Source: a virus (taxonomy: Duplodnaviria > Heunggongvirae > Uroviricota > Caudoviricetes). From it: DNA of 64,000 nt. This document shows positions 11,202 to 21,704 of this stretch, in pieces; within the stretch, counting starts at the first letter, position 1, and each line of letters starts with the position of its first letter. The position numbers and the translations under genes are program-made. The DNA lies in IMG/VR virus record IMGVR_UViG_3300015365_000054, one strand, 5' to 3'. The notes beneath the pieces are model-generated. The model saw nothing but the letters and a program-made list of their open reading frames with translations. It made no database searches and had not been told where the DNA came from.

Positions 11202-13265
11202 TTATTTTATCGGTATAGGAGTGATTTTAACTGATGCCAAATTTTCGGTGTCTATGGTTATTATCGAATTCTTTTTGGAATTGAATAATACATTCTGTGG
11301 CTCCGCGAAAAAGCTGATTACTTTGGTATCATTACCAATATCCAATGGGGTGAATGAATTTAGTGTTATTTTTCCGGTAGTATAATTAATAACACCAGCA
11401 TCATTCGAATATATCTTTTTGATCTTATTATCATCATAGTAATATGTTCTCAGATTTCCTATTGTGTTTTCTATGTTCGCTGATAAGATAACATTACTTA
11501 ACGCATTGCCTTCCAAGTCATACGCAATTAATTCTACTGTAGTATATCCTGTACCACTCTTGACAACACTAACAGATGTTACTTTCCCGTTAGTCACTAA
11601 TGCTTCTACTTCCGCACCAACACCATCACCAATAACTCTGATGGTTGGGGTATAATCAAATCCTGAACCACCATAGATTATATTTACAGAACTTATTCCC
11701 GTGAATGATAGTGGAACTTCTTCAAAATAGAATTGGCGCACTGTGCCACTTCCATCTTTCTGTGAATAGCCGGGTGAGGAATTGATCTTAATCTTTCCGG
11801 TTGATCTCTTTATTTCTGTATGGAAATCTATGACATAGTTTCTGGATTTACCTAAAACAGGACTTAGCTTCTTCTCCATCAGAACATCTATCTGGTTGCT
11901 TTCTATTGATGATTCGATGTTATCAATAGCTCGCATAAGCCTAGACAATTTGAAATATGAATTGAATGTGTTTAGGTTGGCAGCAGAATATGAATACACA
12001 ACTGATCTGACCAGACTTTCTATTTGCCCAGCCGTTAAACTTGTACTGGTTGGATTGTATGTTACCTTTATATCCAAGTTCATGTAGGTATAATCCGGAT
12101 CAACGAACTCTGGAGTGACTGTTACAATACTCAAAGGAGACACGATATTATCAAGGATGTATTGTTTTTCTGTTGTTGTTATTTCATAGCCCAGCGCAGG
12201 TTTTGCTGATATGTATACTTTTCCATATACTGGTGGTACATTTTCTTCCCCACCCCAAACATTTACTGCTTGTAGGGATGGATATTTTTTCTGTAACAGA
12301 ACGATGTAATCATTCTTGGTTACTGCTCTATTGTTTGAAATGTATGATTTTGGTGCCGCAAATTTGATATTATCAATTGATTCAATGTATGCTCCACCAG
12401 CAGCTGCTTGTGTCGTTGTTACTGTTCCTTGAACTGACCCATCAATACTATCCAGCAAGGTGAAGTTGGTCGCTTTATTTGCAGCAACACCACTACTAAC
12501 CAAGTAGCTGATCACCACAAGATTACCATCGGATAGAGCATTTCCCAGAATACCATTACCGAAATATATTTTGTATTTTCCGTTTCTGGTTTCATCTATG
12601 AAGAATACAAGTGAAGTAGAATCAACTAATGTTGGATCTGTTGATAAAACATATTTTGTCTGTGTTGTATTTGTGGATGATGACTGTACAATTACTTCTA
12701 TGGTTGATACATCAACTCCAGCATCAGGAATTTCAAATTCTGCTTGTGGGTTTGTCTGCATGTTGTATTGGTACACGAAATTTACAGGATTACCCTCAGT
12801 AATATTAATACCCGTGAATTCGAATGTGTTTCCGGTTTTCAATACAGTGACTTCTTCCAGATTGGAAAATATGTAATTAACACCATCCAATGGCTCAGAT
12901 GAGAATTTAGTGAATCTCGGTAGAGTCAATATTGTTGCTGATGATGTATCTGTGAAGGATATATTTACTTTAGCAATGGCACTAGTCACAGAATGTGGTG
13001 TATAGCCAAGCATCTTAGCGTGAGATACCACGGAATCTCGTATTGATGCAGTATCCAAGAATGATTCATTTGCAATCATGTTAGCATAAAACGCCATATA
13101 GTGGGTATTGTATGCCAACAAATCAATAAGGTTGGATAATCCAGATCCTTCAAAATCATAATCAGAGAACGTATCCTGTGAACGTAGGAAGTTCTTGAGA
13201 TTTGTCTTTATGTTCTCAAAATCAGGATCAGTTACGATTAATTTGTTTTCTAGGTCATTTGTCAT
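11202..13265 (-). CDS. gp6: baseplate wedge subunit gp6
   Basis: N-terminal motif DYDFEGSGLSNLIDLLAYNTHY matches the conserved T4 gp6 segment DYDFEGSRLNVLCDLLAYNTLY. Length 687 aa versus T4 660 aa. Sits next to gp25. Confidence 0.85.
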   Translation of the reverse strand: MTNDLENKLIVTDPDFENIKTNLKNFLRSQDTFSDYDFEGSGLSNLIDLLAYNTHYMAFYANMIANESFLDTASIRDSVVSHAKMLGYTPHSVTSAIAKVNISFTDTSSATILTLPRFTKFSSEPLDGVNYIFSNLEEVTVLKTGNTFEFTGINITEGNPVNFVYQYNMQTNPQAEFEIPDAGVDVSTIEVIVQSSSTNTTQTKYVLSTDPTLVDSTSLVFFIDETRNGKYKIYFGNGILGNALSDGNLVVISYLVSSGVAANKATNFTLLDSIDGSVQGTVTTTQAAAGGAYIESIDNIKFAAPKSYISNNRAVTKNDYIVLLQKKYPSLQAVNVWGGEENVPPVYGKVYISAKPALGYEITTTEKQYILDNIVSPLSIVTVTPEFVDPDYTYMNLDIKVTYNPTSTSLTAGQIESLVRSVVYSYSAANLNTFNSYFKLSRLMRAIDNIESSIESNQIDVLMEKKLSPVLGKSRNYVIDFHTEIKRSTGKIKINSSPGYSQKDGSGTVRQFYFEEVPLSFTGISSVNIIYGGSGFDYTPTIRVIGDGVGAEVEALVTNGKVTSVSVVKSGTGYTTVELIAYDLEGNALSNVILSANIENTIGNLRTYYYDDNKIKKIYSNDAGVINYTTGKITLNSFTPLDIGNDTKVISFFAEPQNVLFNSKKNSIITIDTENLASVKITPIPIK

Positions 13266-13651
13266 TATCGTAGCCTATTGAGGAATAGATTAACTGTTAT
13301 TGGTTTTATGGAATTGTTGGTATAAAATACCAGAGTAACATCATATTTATCACTATCCGGATCAGCATTTACCTGTAGATCATTTATTCTGACTCTAGGT
13401 TCGTAATTGGAAATCATGGTTTTGATTTCGTTTCTCATGATTGATGCCGTGATAGTATCAATTGGTTCGAATAACAGAGCAGATATATTACTTCCCATTT
13501 TTGGGTTGAATGGTCTTTCATAATAATTGGTCATTATCAGATTGCGCAATGAGGCAATGATGGCATTGTCATTTATTTTTTTACTGACATCTTTCGTGAC
13601 TGGATGCTTTGTGAAATCCAGATCCAAATCAGAAAATATTCTTGTTACCAT
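13265..13651 (-). CDS. gp25: baseplate wedge subunit gp25 (GpW/lysozyme-like fold family)
   Basis: 128 aa. Motifs PFNPKMGSNISALLFEP and YEPR resemble T4 gp25 PFDPEFGCDLSDQLFE and YEPR. Stop and start overlap with gp6. Confidence 0.85.
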   Translation of the reverse strand: MVTRIFSDLDLDFTKHPVTKDVSKKINDNAIIASLRNLIMTNYYERPFNPKMGSNISALLFEPIDTITASIMRNEIKTMISNYEPRVRINDLQVNADPDSDKYDVTLVFYTNNSIKPITVNLFLNRLR

Positions 13652-13681
13652 TTTAGTCCTGCTGCCAAATATGTGTTATAT

Positions 13682-15682
13682 TTATGCTAGATTTATATAA
13701 TATGGTTTATATGGGGTATGATTCATAAATGTCATATTCTTGGTGGAATTCTGTCTATTTCCTTCCTTATTAAAGGATATATGTATCCACGGCATTCCAG
13801 TACCAGTAGTTTTGTACTCCAGCAATAATTGATCATGTGGAACATTGTCACGTATCCAAAGTACAATGTTATAGTATTCGGATTTACTGAAACTAGGGAA
13901 TTGCATATCAGCAGCCTGTCCAATTTCATGCTGTGACCTACCAGCAGCTGCACCTGTAGGATATCTGAACGCATTGGTTACTATCATCGATGGGTATTTT
14001 GCCTTAATTGGATCAAGGCAATTCATCGCAAGAAGTTTTAAGTTACATGCAATCTGACCCTTAGTTAATCCTCTTTGATCCTTCAATGGATCACCCATGA
14101 CAGCTTGACCGGATAATGCACCAAGAGTAAATGATTTGGATAATTGTAGGCTATTTGGGAAATCTGTATTTTTCTCTATTCCACCACAATCTTTAGTTTC
14201 AGTTATATTCGTTGGTGGTGGAGTTGTGTCTGATTCGCCTTCCGTTGGGTTCTTACCTTCATCAATTTGTTGCTGGGTGTACACTCCAGCATCTATTTGT
14301 TTTTGTACATATTCAGCTGTTTCCGCCGGATCATCACCAGAATCAACAAAAAATGCTGCTCTATCTGCTGGTGTCTGTTCAATGAATGGTGCGGCTGTTG
14401 TGGGTGATCCTGTTTCTGGGGCATCACCCAAACCGGACTTTTTAGCGGATTCAGCGGAGCTTGGTGATGCTGCATCAGTGCCATTTATAGGTAGAGCATG
14501 GCTATCCCCATTGGAATCCGAACCAGTGGCTATTAGATTGGTGGTGGAGCCAACATCCAACATACCAGTACTTAGCTTATTTGCGGAGTTGGTGGCTGAC
14601 CCAGCAAGATTGATTGCACCAGAGCCACTTAAATTGACGCTGGAGCCACTTTTGGCGTTGAACGACCCCCCACTGCTCATTTTGGTAGCACCGCCAGAAA
14701 CGGCGTTTAATTCGTCTGATAGTTCGACGTTCATATTGGTGGCTTTTATGTTAAAATCCCCACCTATGGTGAGATTGGTGTCTCCGGCAATGCCAGCATT
14801 CAGGTTTCCGTTTCCTTCCAGATTGATATCACCCACAACTTTTATATTGGCATGGGAATTTATGGTTATGTTAACTTTACCTGCCACATATAGGTGATCA
14901 TCACATAATATGATCTGGTAATTATTCTTTACGATTTTTTCTACTTTAGTGCCGGATGGATATATCTCTTCGAATGTTCCAGTTCTGTGTGCAATATGGA
15001 TTCTTTCTGCTTTTGGTGTGTCGTCGAATTCCATTATATGACCAGATTCGGTTTCCAGTGCTTTATTGTATGGATACTTTGTGGCGTATGCCGGAAATGG
15101 TTCTTTCCAAGAAGTGCCAAATGCACCCTCAACTGACGTTAGATTTTCACGTCTATCTTGTATCAATGTCTTTTTGATATTTTCATTTCGTGTGAGATTG
15201 CTATTTGTTGGATGCCCAAGTTGATCATCCGGCGGAAATCGCAATGGCTCAAATGATTCTTTTTCTGTCACCTTTACACCGGAGCCATCAGAACTGAAAT
15301 TCAAGGAATCTGGCTTTTTTGGTGCGGTTGATATTTCTTCTGTTGTGCGCAGATCAGCAAATCCGGTTGATGTTGATTGTTTTTCATGAGGTATGCCGGG
15401 TATTATTCCAACCATAACAGGTGATTGGGCGAACTTACCATCAATGAAAAATCCGAATACATGCTCACCTTCTTTTGGTGTTGAGAATGTTTGATTGTTT
15501 AATGCGTGAACTGGATGCGCCCAAGGCAAATCGTCTGATGGGATATCACTCAATACTTCTGTGTGTGCACCAAATATTCTAACTTGGCATCTACCAAGAC
15601 CAAGTGGATCCTGTCTATTCTCAACAACACCAAACCACCAATAGAAACCATCTAATCCAATAAACTCTTTTCTAAATTTCAT
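13682..15682 (-). CDS. gp5: baseplate hub and puncturing device gp5-like: N-terminal OB domain, beta-helix, then a C-terminal M15-type peptidase domain
   Basis: N-terminus WWFGVVENRQDPLGLGRCQVRIFGAHTE is the gp5 OB-fold signature (T4: NWFVGVVEDVMDPSLIGRVRVRVVGLHTE). Central repeats such as VGDINLEGNGNLNAGIAGDTNLTIGGDFNI indicate a beta-helix. C-terminal SQHEIGQAADMQF resembles the M15 Zn-peptidase motif SxHxxGxAxD. Confidence 0.8.
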   Translation of the reverse strand: MKFRKEFIGLDGFYWWFGVVENRQDPLGLGRCQVRIFGAHTEVLSDIPSDDLPWAHPVHALNNQTFSTPKEGEHVFGFFIDGKFAQSPVMVGIIPGIPHEKQSTSTGFADLRTTEEISTAPKKPDSLNFSSDGSGVKVTEKESFEPLRFPPDDQLGHPTNSNLTRNENIKKTLIQDRRENLTSVEGAFGTSWKEPFPAYATKYPYNKALETESGHIMEFDDTPKAERIHIAHRTGTFEEIYPSGTKVEKIVKNNYQIILCDDHLYVAGKVNITINSHANIKVVGDINLEGNGNLNAGIAGDTNLTIGGDFNIKATNMNVELSDELNAVSGGATKMSSGGSFNAKSGSSVNLSGSGAINLAGSATNSANKLSTGMLDVGSTTNLIATGSDSNGDSHALPINGTDAASPSSAESAKKSGLGDAPETGSPTTAAPFIEQTPADRAAFFVDSGDDPAETAEYVQKQIDAGVYTQQQIDEGKNPTEGESDTTPPPTNITETKDCGGIEKNTDFPNSLQLSKSFTLGALSGQAVMGDPLKDQRGLTKGQIACNLKLLAMNCLDPIKAKYPSMIVTNAFRYPTGAAAGRSQHEIGQAADMQFPSFSKSEYYNIVLWIRDNVPHDQLLLEYKTTGTGMPWIHISFNKEGNRQNSTKNMTFMNHTPYKPYYINLA

Positions 15683-16953
15683 GATTTTTTCGCCTTATCA
15701 TATAGAACACCATTTGACATTTCTGGTATTGCTTCTACCATAGAATCCTTACATATCTCCAGATAATTTATGTACTTATTATTGAATATCCTGTGCCTAA
15801 GAGACGTAACAATATATTTACCAGACTTACTATTATCCGGTTTTATTTTTTGTGATGAATCTGTTGGTTGTATGGATGGATAATCCACATTCAGAATAGC
15901 ACCAACTCTGAGTTGTGAGTCACCAGATAATTGAATATTCATACGAAATGAATTTAACAAGGATAGTTGTGTGGCTCTTTGTAGCAACCATTTATCAACC
16001 AAGTTCCCCTGAAATGACGGGAAATATCTGGTATACGCAGAACCATCAACAAGACTATTACCTAATCTATTCGTGGCATTGTTTGTGATTGGAAAATCAT
16101 TTAATGCTGGAACCTTGTTCTTGATTGGATTGAATGATAGGAACTCATGCTTCTGTCTCAATAGGTCAAGTTTTATCATGTTTGATGAATACCCACCAGT
16201 TGATAATGTACCCAACACATCAAAGGTTTGAGGGATTTCCATCCTATCTGGAATATATCTGTTTTGCTCCGGCTTATTATCGTCATCTATTATGTTTTTT
16301 GGATTTATTGTTATATCCTTGTATACTTGTGATGTAAACATGCTATCAAGGGATATAAAGTTAAATCCATCTCTATTTTCAAAAAACAGATATGATGAAC
16401 TGAGTTTTTTATTAAGAGAGAATGAGGATATCCAATTTATGGCTTCGAATGGCTTCATGTTGGGAACAATTATATTTTGTATACCCTTAGTTTCTTCTAT
16501 GAATGATATTTTTTCTGCTGGAACTTTTAATTTGTTCTTTAGGATATCCTGCACGATATTATCGTTGGTCATATTTGAATACGATTTGGATATTCTTATT
16601 TGTTGATTTATTACAAATTCATCTGAGCAAAAATGCATGGTATACTCATATGAATTGAGATTACGCATGTTCAGATTTGATATCTTATATACTCTAAAAT
16701 ACTTATCAAATGGTTTTAATGTTGGTGTTTCGAATGCTATATGTAAATATTCATTACCACATAGACTCATCACATCAACTATATTGTGTGCATCTCTGAC
16801 TAGAATATCACCTGTAATAACAGAAGAAAATATATCCTCATATACATTCATATCCTGTATCATGAATTTTATATCTATCGCTGCACCACTGGAGTTAACT
16901 AGTGTTGCAGTAGTAAATGTAAATTGTGTGGATTCTGTTACACCATCTGCCAT
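15679..16953 (-). CDS. baseplate hub subunit, gp27-like (424 aa)
   Basis: Immediately upstream of gp5 and overlapping its start by 4 nt, as expected for a gp27-gp5 pair. The match to T4 gp27 is weak, so the call rests on position and size. Confidence 0.4.
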   Translation of the reverse strand: MADGVTESTQFTFTTATLVNSSGAAIDIKFMIQDMNVYEDIFSSVITGDILVRDAHNIVDVMSLCGNEYLHIAFETPTLKPFDKYFRVYKISNLNMRNLNSYEYTMHFCSDEFVINQQIRISKSYSNMTNDNIVQDILKNKLKVPAEKISFIEETKGIQNIIVPNMKPFEAINWISSFSLNKKLSSSYLFFENRDGFNFISLDSMFTSQVYKDITINPKNIIDDDNKPEQNRYIPDRMEIPQTFDVLGTLSTGGYSSNMIKLDLLRQKHEFLSFNPIKNKVPALNDFPITNNATNRLGNSLVDGSAYTRYFPSFQGNLVDKWLLQRATQLSLLNSFRMNIQLSGDSQLRVGAILNVDYPSIQPTDSSQKIKPDNSKSGKYIVTSLRHRIFNNKYINYLEICKDSMVEAIPEMSNGVLYDKAKKS

Positions 16954-16959
16954 ACTATA

Positions 16960-17847
16960 TTACCCACCAAGTAGAGATTTAAATTGAGATTCTATGACAG
17001 ACACATGTTCTTTCTTTGGAATCTTTATTTTTCTTTTCTCTTCATTAAGAGCATCTTCATATTGGTAATATGATATTGGTGCTGTTGTTTTTTCTATGAT
17101 GAGTTCTGATCCATCACTAATTGGAGTGGACGATGTTGATGATACGTATTCTACATCATTATCCACAATTGACTTCGTTGCAAAATTATATGTTTTGTTA
17201 GTGACTTTATAGCTGGAGTTTGTCACTGTTTTATCGTGTGTATTATATTTTCTTTCTGTTGTTTCATAGTATATGTGGGTATTTGATGCCCAGTTAAAGC
17301 CATCATTGTTGATGGTTATACTAGCCACATTGTGCGTTACTCCAGAGGATGATCCTGTTACTGGTTGGCTCGCATCCAATGAATCTGTTAGGAAATTGAC
17401 GTGTAATATTTTGTTTATGTTGTCATATGATATGACATGCCCATACGCAATTGATTTATCTATGGAGCTTCCCTGATATAGAGTCTCAGATGCAATATAA
17501 TCACCTGAATACGTATCACTGGTATCAAGTTGTATATTAACTGATGAGTATTTTTTGTTAATGTATTCTTGGAAAGAATTATAACTCAATACCCAATCAA
17601 ATTGTGGATCTGTAATATCATTAGCCAACAGTATTATCCAATGTTTGAATGGGTCATCATACAGTTTACTGGCAATATCTTCTGGTTTCTCCCCATCTCG
17701 CACAGTGTACTCAAAGTATAATGCTGAATTGTTCAGTGTATTTTTTATGAAATTTACTTTAGATAAGATGTTGGGTACTTGCACAAAATTCTGTGCATTT
17801 AAACTTGTCGAATATAATAGCTGTGGGAAGTATTTAAAATATGACAT
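16960..17847 (-). CDS. gp53: baseplate wedge subunit gp53-like
   Basis: Segment PEDIASKLYDDPFKHWIILLANDITDPQFDW resembles T4 gp53 PEELANAIYGNPQLYWVLLMCNDNYDPYYGW. Position is upstream of gp5 as in T4. Confidence 0.6.
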   Translation of the reverse strand: MSYFKYFPQLLYSTSLNAQNFVQVPNILSKVNFIKNTLNNSALYFEYTVRDGEKPEDIASKLYDDPFKHWIILLANDITDPQFDWVLSYNSFQEYINKKYSSVNIQLDTSDTYSGDYIASETLYQGSSIDKSIAYGHVISYDNINKILHVNFLTDSLDASQPVTGSSSGVTHNVASITINNDGFNWASNTHIYYETTERKYNTHDKTVTNSSYKVTNKTYNFATKSIVDNDVEYVSSTSSTPISDGSELIIEKTTAPISYYQYEDALNEEKRKIKIPKKEHVSVIESQFKSLLGG

Positions 17848-17849
17848 GC

Positions 17850-18968
17850 TTAGTATCCGATATCTATATCTTGTTTTGTTAGCACCACTGTTTCAACAAA
17901 CAATAGCGTCATTTTTATTTCAATTGGTGTACCATCCCAGAATGTCGAATAGTGTCCGGAGCTGGCATAATCGACATTTATTTCTGATAACACGCATTGT
18001 CCTATTCTAGGTAACTTTTCGTTTGGGTATCCACCCATAAGAAAGTTTAATCTGAATTCTGATGGGGGAACAAAATATCTGCTACCAACGGCAGCAGAAT
18101 ATTCTGGTGCGGCATGATACCTGAGAGTTCTGATTATGGAGTCAATCGAATCCGCTTCTTTCTTGCTTCTCGGTGAGAACTTGAATTCGTATCTGAATTC
18201 TCTATTTTTAGTTTTACTGTATAGAATTTCAAGTTGAGGATTCAATGCATATCCATTCGAGAATATAGATACATCCTTTATCTTATCTCCCATTATTCCA
18301 GTTGCAGAAGCTGCTGCTCCAGATAATTCGCCAGTGCCAGTTTTACTCTGATCCAATAACCCAGCACTACCAAGTGCATCAGTTACAGAAACAGGATCAA
18401 AATCGTGTCTATAATCATATACAACCATATCCGGCATGAATAGATGGATATAGGCAACAGGATCTTTTACTGTCTTACGTGATACATCAACTGTAGCAGC
18501 AGCATGACCAGTAACAACTTGACCGCCCTTAACTACACCATTGGTCACGGATTTAACCGTTGAACTACCAACAGCATCCACACCAATCTGCCCAGCTTTA
18601 ACATCATATCCGGTTGTTACATCAATCTTATTATTTTTATCAAATCCGGCTTCTTGTTTCCATTGATCACTATTATATTTGATGTTGCCTTTATTTAATG
18701 TTGATTGTATCTGCTTATACACAACTATTTCTAATATGTGCTTATTTACAGAATCAACAGAACCAAGATCTTCTGGATATTTCAACATTGATGCATGTGG
18801 ATCTGTGTTATTGAGATCAGATGCCGGAGAATTTTTTTCTGATGGTTTAAGTGTTCCTTTCGAAATAGCCCATGCTGTATTCGGAGGAGCACCCGCACCA
18901 CCACGAGGACCAACCTTACCACCACTAGTGAATGCTGGTTTACCATTTATATTCGATGGTAGCCCCAT
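17850..18968 (-). CDS. baseplate tail-tube cap, gp48-like (gp19/gp48/gp54 family)
   Basis: 372 aa, first gene of the minus-strand operon. C-terminus PIEIKMTLLFVETVVLTKQDIDIGY resembles the shared C-terminal module of tube-family proteins. Confidence 0.5.
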   Translation of the reverse strand: MGLPSNINGKPAFTSGGKVGPRGGAGAPPNTAWAISKGTLKPSEKNSPASDLNNTDPHASMLKYPEDLGSVDSVNKHILEIVVYKQIQSTLNKGNIKYNSDQWKQEAGFDKNNKIDVTTGYDVKAGQIGVDAVGSSTVKSVTNGVVKGGQVVTGHAAATVDVSRKTVKDPVAYIHLFMPDMVVYDYRHDFDPVSVTDALGSAGLLDQSKTGTGELSGAAASATGIMGDKIKDVSIFSNGYALNPQLEILYSKTKNREFRYEFKFSPRSKKEADSIDSIIRTLRYHAAPEYSAAVGSRYFVPPSEFRLNFLMGGYPNEKLPRIGQCVLSEINVDYASSGHYSTFWDGTPIEIKMTLLFVETVVLTKQDIDIGY

Positions 18969-19026
18969 TAGAAAATACCTATATATGTGTTGATATACAT
19001 CTTTTTTACCTACTAAATAACGTTAT

Positions 19027-19470
19027 ATGGCATATTCAGGAAAATTTACACCCAAAAATCCTAGTAAATATTTAGGCGACCCCACGAACATAATTTTTAG
19101 AAGTTTGTGGGAAAGGAAGACTATGGAGCATTTAGACACGAATCCTGGTGTTATTAAATGGGCTAGTGAAGAATTGTTCATTCCTTATTTATCACCAATA
19201 GATAATAGATGGCACAAATATTATCCGGATTTTTATGTGGAAACCAAGAACGTAAATGGATTGATTGATAACACAATAATAGAAATCAAACCAGCCAAGG
19301 AAAGCAGCCCACCAGAGAAAAAATCCAAAATAAGTAAGAGATACATAAGAGAAGTTGTTACTTGGGGAATCAATGAAGCCAAATGGAATGCGGCTATCGA
19401 ATATTGTAATAAGCGGGGATGGAATTTTAAGGTGTTAACCGAAAGAGAGCTTTATGGCATCACTGTTTGA
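19027..19470 (+). CDS. head completion nuclease-fold protein, gp4-like (PD-(D/E)xK)
   Basis: 147 aa, transcribed divergently from the baseplate operon as T4 gene 4 is from 53-5-6. Motif YPDFYV...IIEIKP is PD-(D/E)xK-like. A CTAAATAA motif lies 10 nt upstream. Confidence 0.45.
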   Translation: MAYSGKFTPKNPSKYLGDPTNIIFRSLWERKTMEHLDTNPGVIKWASEELFIPYLSPIDNRWHKYYPDFYVETKNVNGLIDNTIIEIKPAKESSPPEKKSKISKRYIREVVTWGINEAKWNAAIEYCNKRGWNFKVLTERELYGITV

Positions 19471-19999
19471 TAAATTTAGTAAGAATATGACTGCTGCTGG
19501 GATAAAGCCAAGAACGGATCAGGCAAGAGCTTGGCTTGGCTCACAGATAGCAAAGACAAGAATCCCATCAAACAGGTCAAATATATTAAATGATGCCAAG
19601 CGCATTGCATCAAGGGCATATATTGGGAAAATGTATTTCTTCCATTATGACGCTAAACACAAAGATACTTTACCAGTATGGGATAAATATCCATTGGTGA
19701 TACCAATGGAGCATTATGATAATGGTTTTTTGGGTTTAAATCTTCACTACCTAGACCCATATAGCAGACTGGTATTGTTGGATAAATTACACGACTTCAT
19801 AAATAATGATAAATATGATGACACGACAACATTTAATTTGTCGTATAATTTATTGGCTGGATCTAGGCGTTATAAACTTATAGAAAATTGTGTAAAGAGA
19901 TATTTGTTCGAACATATAGTATCCCCTATGATATACATAGAACCAGATAATTGGGAAACTGCACTATTCCTTCCTGTGCAAAGATTTGTTTATTTGTAG
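19454..19999 (+). CDS. hypothetical protein (position suggests gp2- or gp3-like head/tail completion)
   Basis: 181 aa ORF overlapping the gp4-like stop by 17 nt. No diagnostic motif. Confidence 0.3.
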   Translation: MASLFDKFSKNMTAAGIKPRTDQARAWLGSQIAKTRIPSNRSNILNDAKRIASRAYIGKMYFFHYDAKHKDTLPVWDKYPLVIPMEHYDNGFLGLNLHYLDPYSRLVLLDKLHDFINNDKYDDTTTFNLSYNLLAGSRRYKLIENCVKRYLFEHIVSPMIYIEPDNWETALFLPVQRFVYL

Positions 20000-20014
20000 G
20001 AGCAATGACAATTA

Positions 20015-20923
20015 ATGGCAATTAGACCCCCACCACTTCCACCTCCTCCGCCACATGGTAATACGAGTGGATATCTTAGACCACCACTAGCAAGAACTGA
20101 TGTAACTTCTTCAAGAAGTAAGCCATTCTTCGATGTTAAGGGTGAAATTAAAACAGCAGTAAAAACCAGTGCTGCGGTTGGACAGCTTAAAGCATTAGGG
20201 AAAGAAATTAAGAATATCCATTCTTTTAGTGATGCATATAATGCCGCTAATGATATAGGTAAATATTTGGGTGGTATCGGATTCAAAAAGCGTGTTCAGC
20301 CAAATGGTGCAGATGACGCATTAGGGTTTATGAGAGTAACACCTGATACCAATCTACTAGAAAGAGCAGACACAAACATCAGTCCATCTAGCGTTGATAC
20401 ATTCATAGCACAAGTAAAATCTGATGGATTAGCAAAAAGCAATAGGTTTAATGTTATATTTTCTTCACCAAAATTTATAGGTGATAATAACGTCGAACAT
20501 CGCTTTTCCACAGACACTCTACAAAGGATGACATTTTATTGTGAAATGGCTGAATTTCCTGGTAGGTCATTGAATACTGTAGATTCAAGAATATATGGTG
20601 CCACGTATAAAACACCAACACTATCAACGTATCAGGAAGTGAATTTCACATTATTATGTGATAGATCATTAGAACAAAAGAAGTTCTTTGATGTCTGGAT
20701 GGAATATATAAATCCAACCAAAACATTTGATTTTAGTTTTAGAGATGATTACACATCAAACATAACTATAAATCAATATACAGAACATGGAGATCTTACA
20801 TACGCATGTACACTCATGGAAGCATTTCCCACAACAACGACACCAATGACTATCACATGGAGCGACGACCAATTCCAGAAGATACAGGTTACCATGTGCT
20901 ATAGATATTGGGTTGCAGAATAA
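20015..20923 (+). CDS. tail tube or baseplate tube initiator protein, gp19/gp54 family
   Basis: C-terminal module YGATYKTPTLSTYQEVNFTLLCDRSLEQKKFFDVWMEYINP ... TITWSDDQFQKIQVTMCYRYW is typical of T4 gp19/gp54/gp48. The Pro-rich N-terminus (MAIRPPPLPPPPP) may be mis-started, and an internal Met near 20327 is an alternative start. Preceded by AGGAG. Confidence 0.55.
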   Translation: MAIRPPPLPPPPPHGNTSGYLRPPLARTDVTSSRSKPFFDVKGEIKTAVKTSAAVGQLKALGKEIKNIHSFSDAYNAANDIGKYLGGIGFKKRVQPNGADDALGFMRVTPDTNLLERADTNISPSSVDTFIAQVKSDGLAKSNRFNVIFSSPKFIGDNNVEHRFSTDTLQRMTFYCEMAEFPGRSLNTVDSRIYGATYKTPTLSTYQEVNFTLLCDRSLEQKKFFDVWMEYINPTKTFDFSFRDDYTSNITINQYTEHGDLTYACTLMEAFPTTTTPMTITWSDDQFQKIQVTMCYRYWVAE

Positions 20924-20955
20924 ATATAAACATAATTGAATTACAGAGAGACATT

Positions 20956-21687
20956 ATGAATTTACCAAAAATTGATTTGCCGACATATACAATGAAATTG
21001 GCATCATCGAAGAAAGATATACAGTTCAGACCATTCTTAGTGAAAGAAGAAAAAGTATTGCTTCTTGCCCTTGAGAGTGGTGATTTTAACGAAATACTGG
21101 CAGCAACAAAACAGATGATACGAAACTGTGTATTATCTGATATAAATGTTGAGCAACTACCACTATTTGAAATAGAACATATATTTCTAAACATACGCGC
21201 TAGGTCAATGGGGGAAACAATATCATTAGGATATACTTGCCAAACTAATGTGTCGGATAATGACGATGTTGTTATATGTGGTAACCAGATGCCAGTAAAC
21301 GTAAATTTGCTTGAGGCTAAACTGAATGTGGTAGATGATAATATGACCATAATGCTAGATTCTACCACAGGGATAAAACTAAAATACCCAACCATTAATA
21401 TATCAAGTATATTGAATGATTCTATATCAGAAGCAGATTCAGCCATAGCCATAATAGAGCAGTGTACTGATTATCTGTTTGATTCGGATCAAGTATATAA
21501 GCCAGAGGATATGCAGGAAGGGGAATTTGTTGGGTTTGTTGAAGGTCTTACACAGTATCAATTTAATCTGATACAGAACTTTTTCAATAATCTCCCTAAA
21601 GTAGAATATGATACAGAAGTTGTTTGCTCCAGATGTAATACACAACACAAGATACATCTGGAGGGAATTATGGATTTTTTCGAATAA
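20956..21687 (+). CDS. hypothetical baseplate-hub-associated protein (gp26/gp28/gp51-position)
   Basis: ORF 20908..21687 is taken from the internal Met (MNLPKIDL). It lies between the tube-family gene and the gp29-like gene. C-terminal CSRCNTQH Cys pair. A TATAAATA-like motif ATAAATAT sits at 20921. Confidence 0.3.
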   Translation: MNLPKIDLPTYTMKLASSKKDIQFRPFLVKEEKVLLLALESGDFNEILAATKQMIRNCVLSDINVEQLPLFEIEHIFLNIRARSMGETISLGYTCQTNVSDNDDVVICGNQMPVNVNLLEAKLNVVDDNMTIMLDSTTGIKLKYPTINISSILNDSISEADSAIAIIEQCTDYLFDSDQVYKPEDMQEGEFVGFVEGLTQYQFNLIQNFFNNLPKVEYDTEVVCSRCNTQHKIHLEGIMDFFE

Positions 21688-21704
21688 GCTTTCGTAATGA
21701 AAAT

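Noticed and set aside
20015-20100. Pro-rich N-terminus (MAIRPPPLPPPPP) of the gp54/gp19-family ORF as a genuine poly-proline domain
   Set aside because: It may be produced by choosing the first ATG. An internal start nearer residue 105 gives a protein of typical tube-family size. Left as uncertain rather than called.
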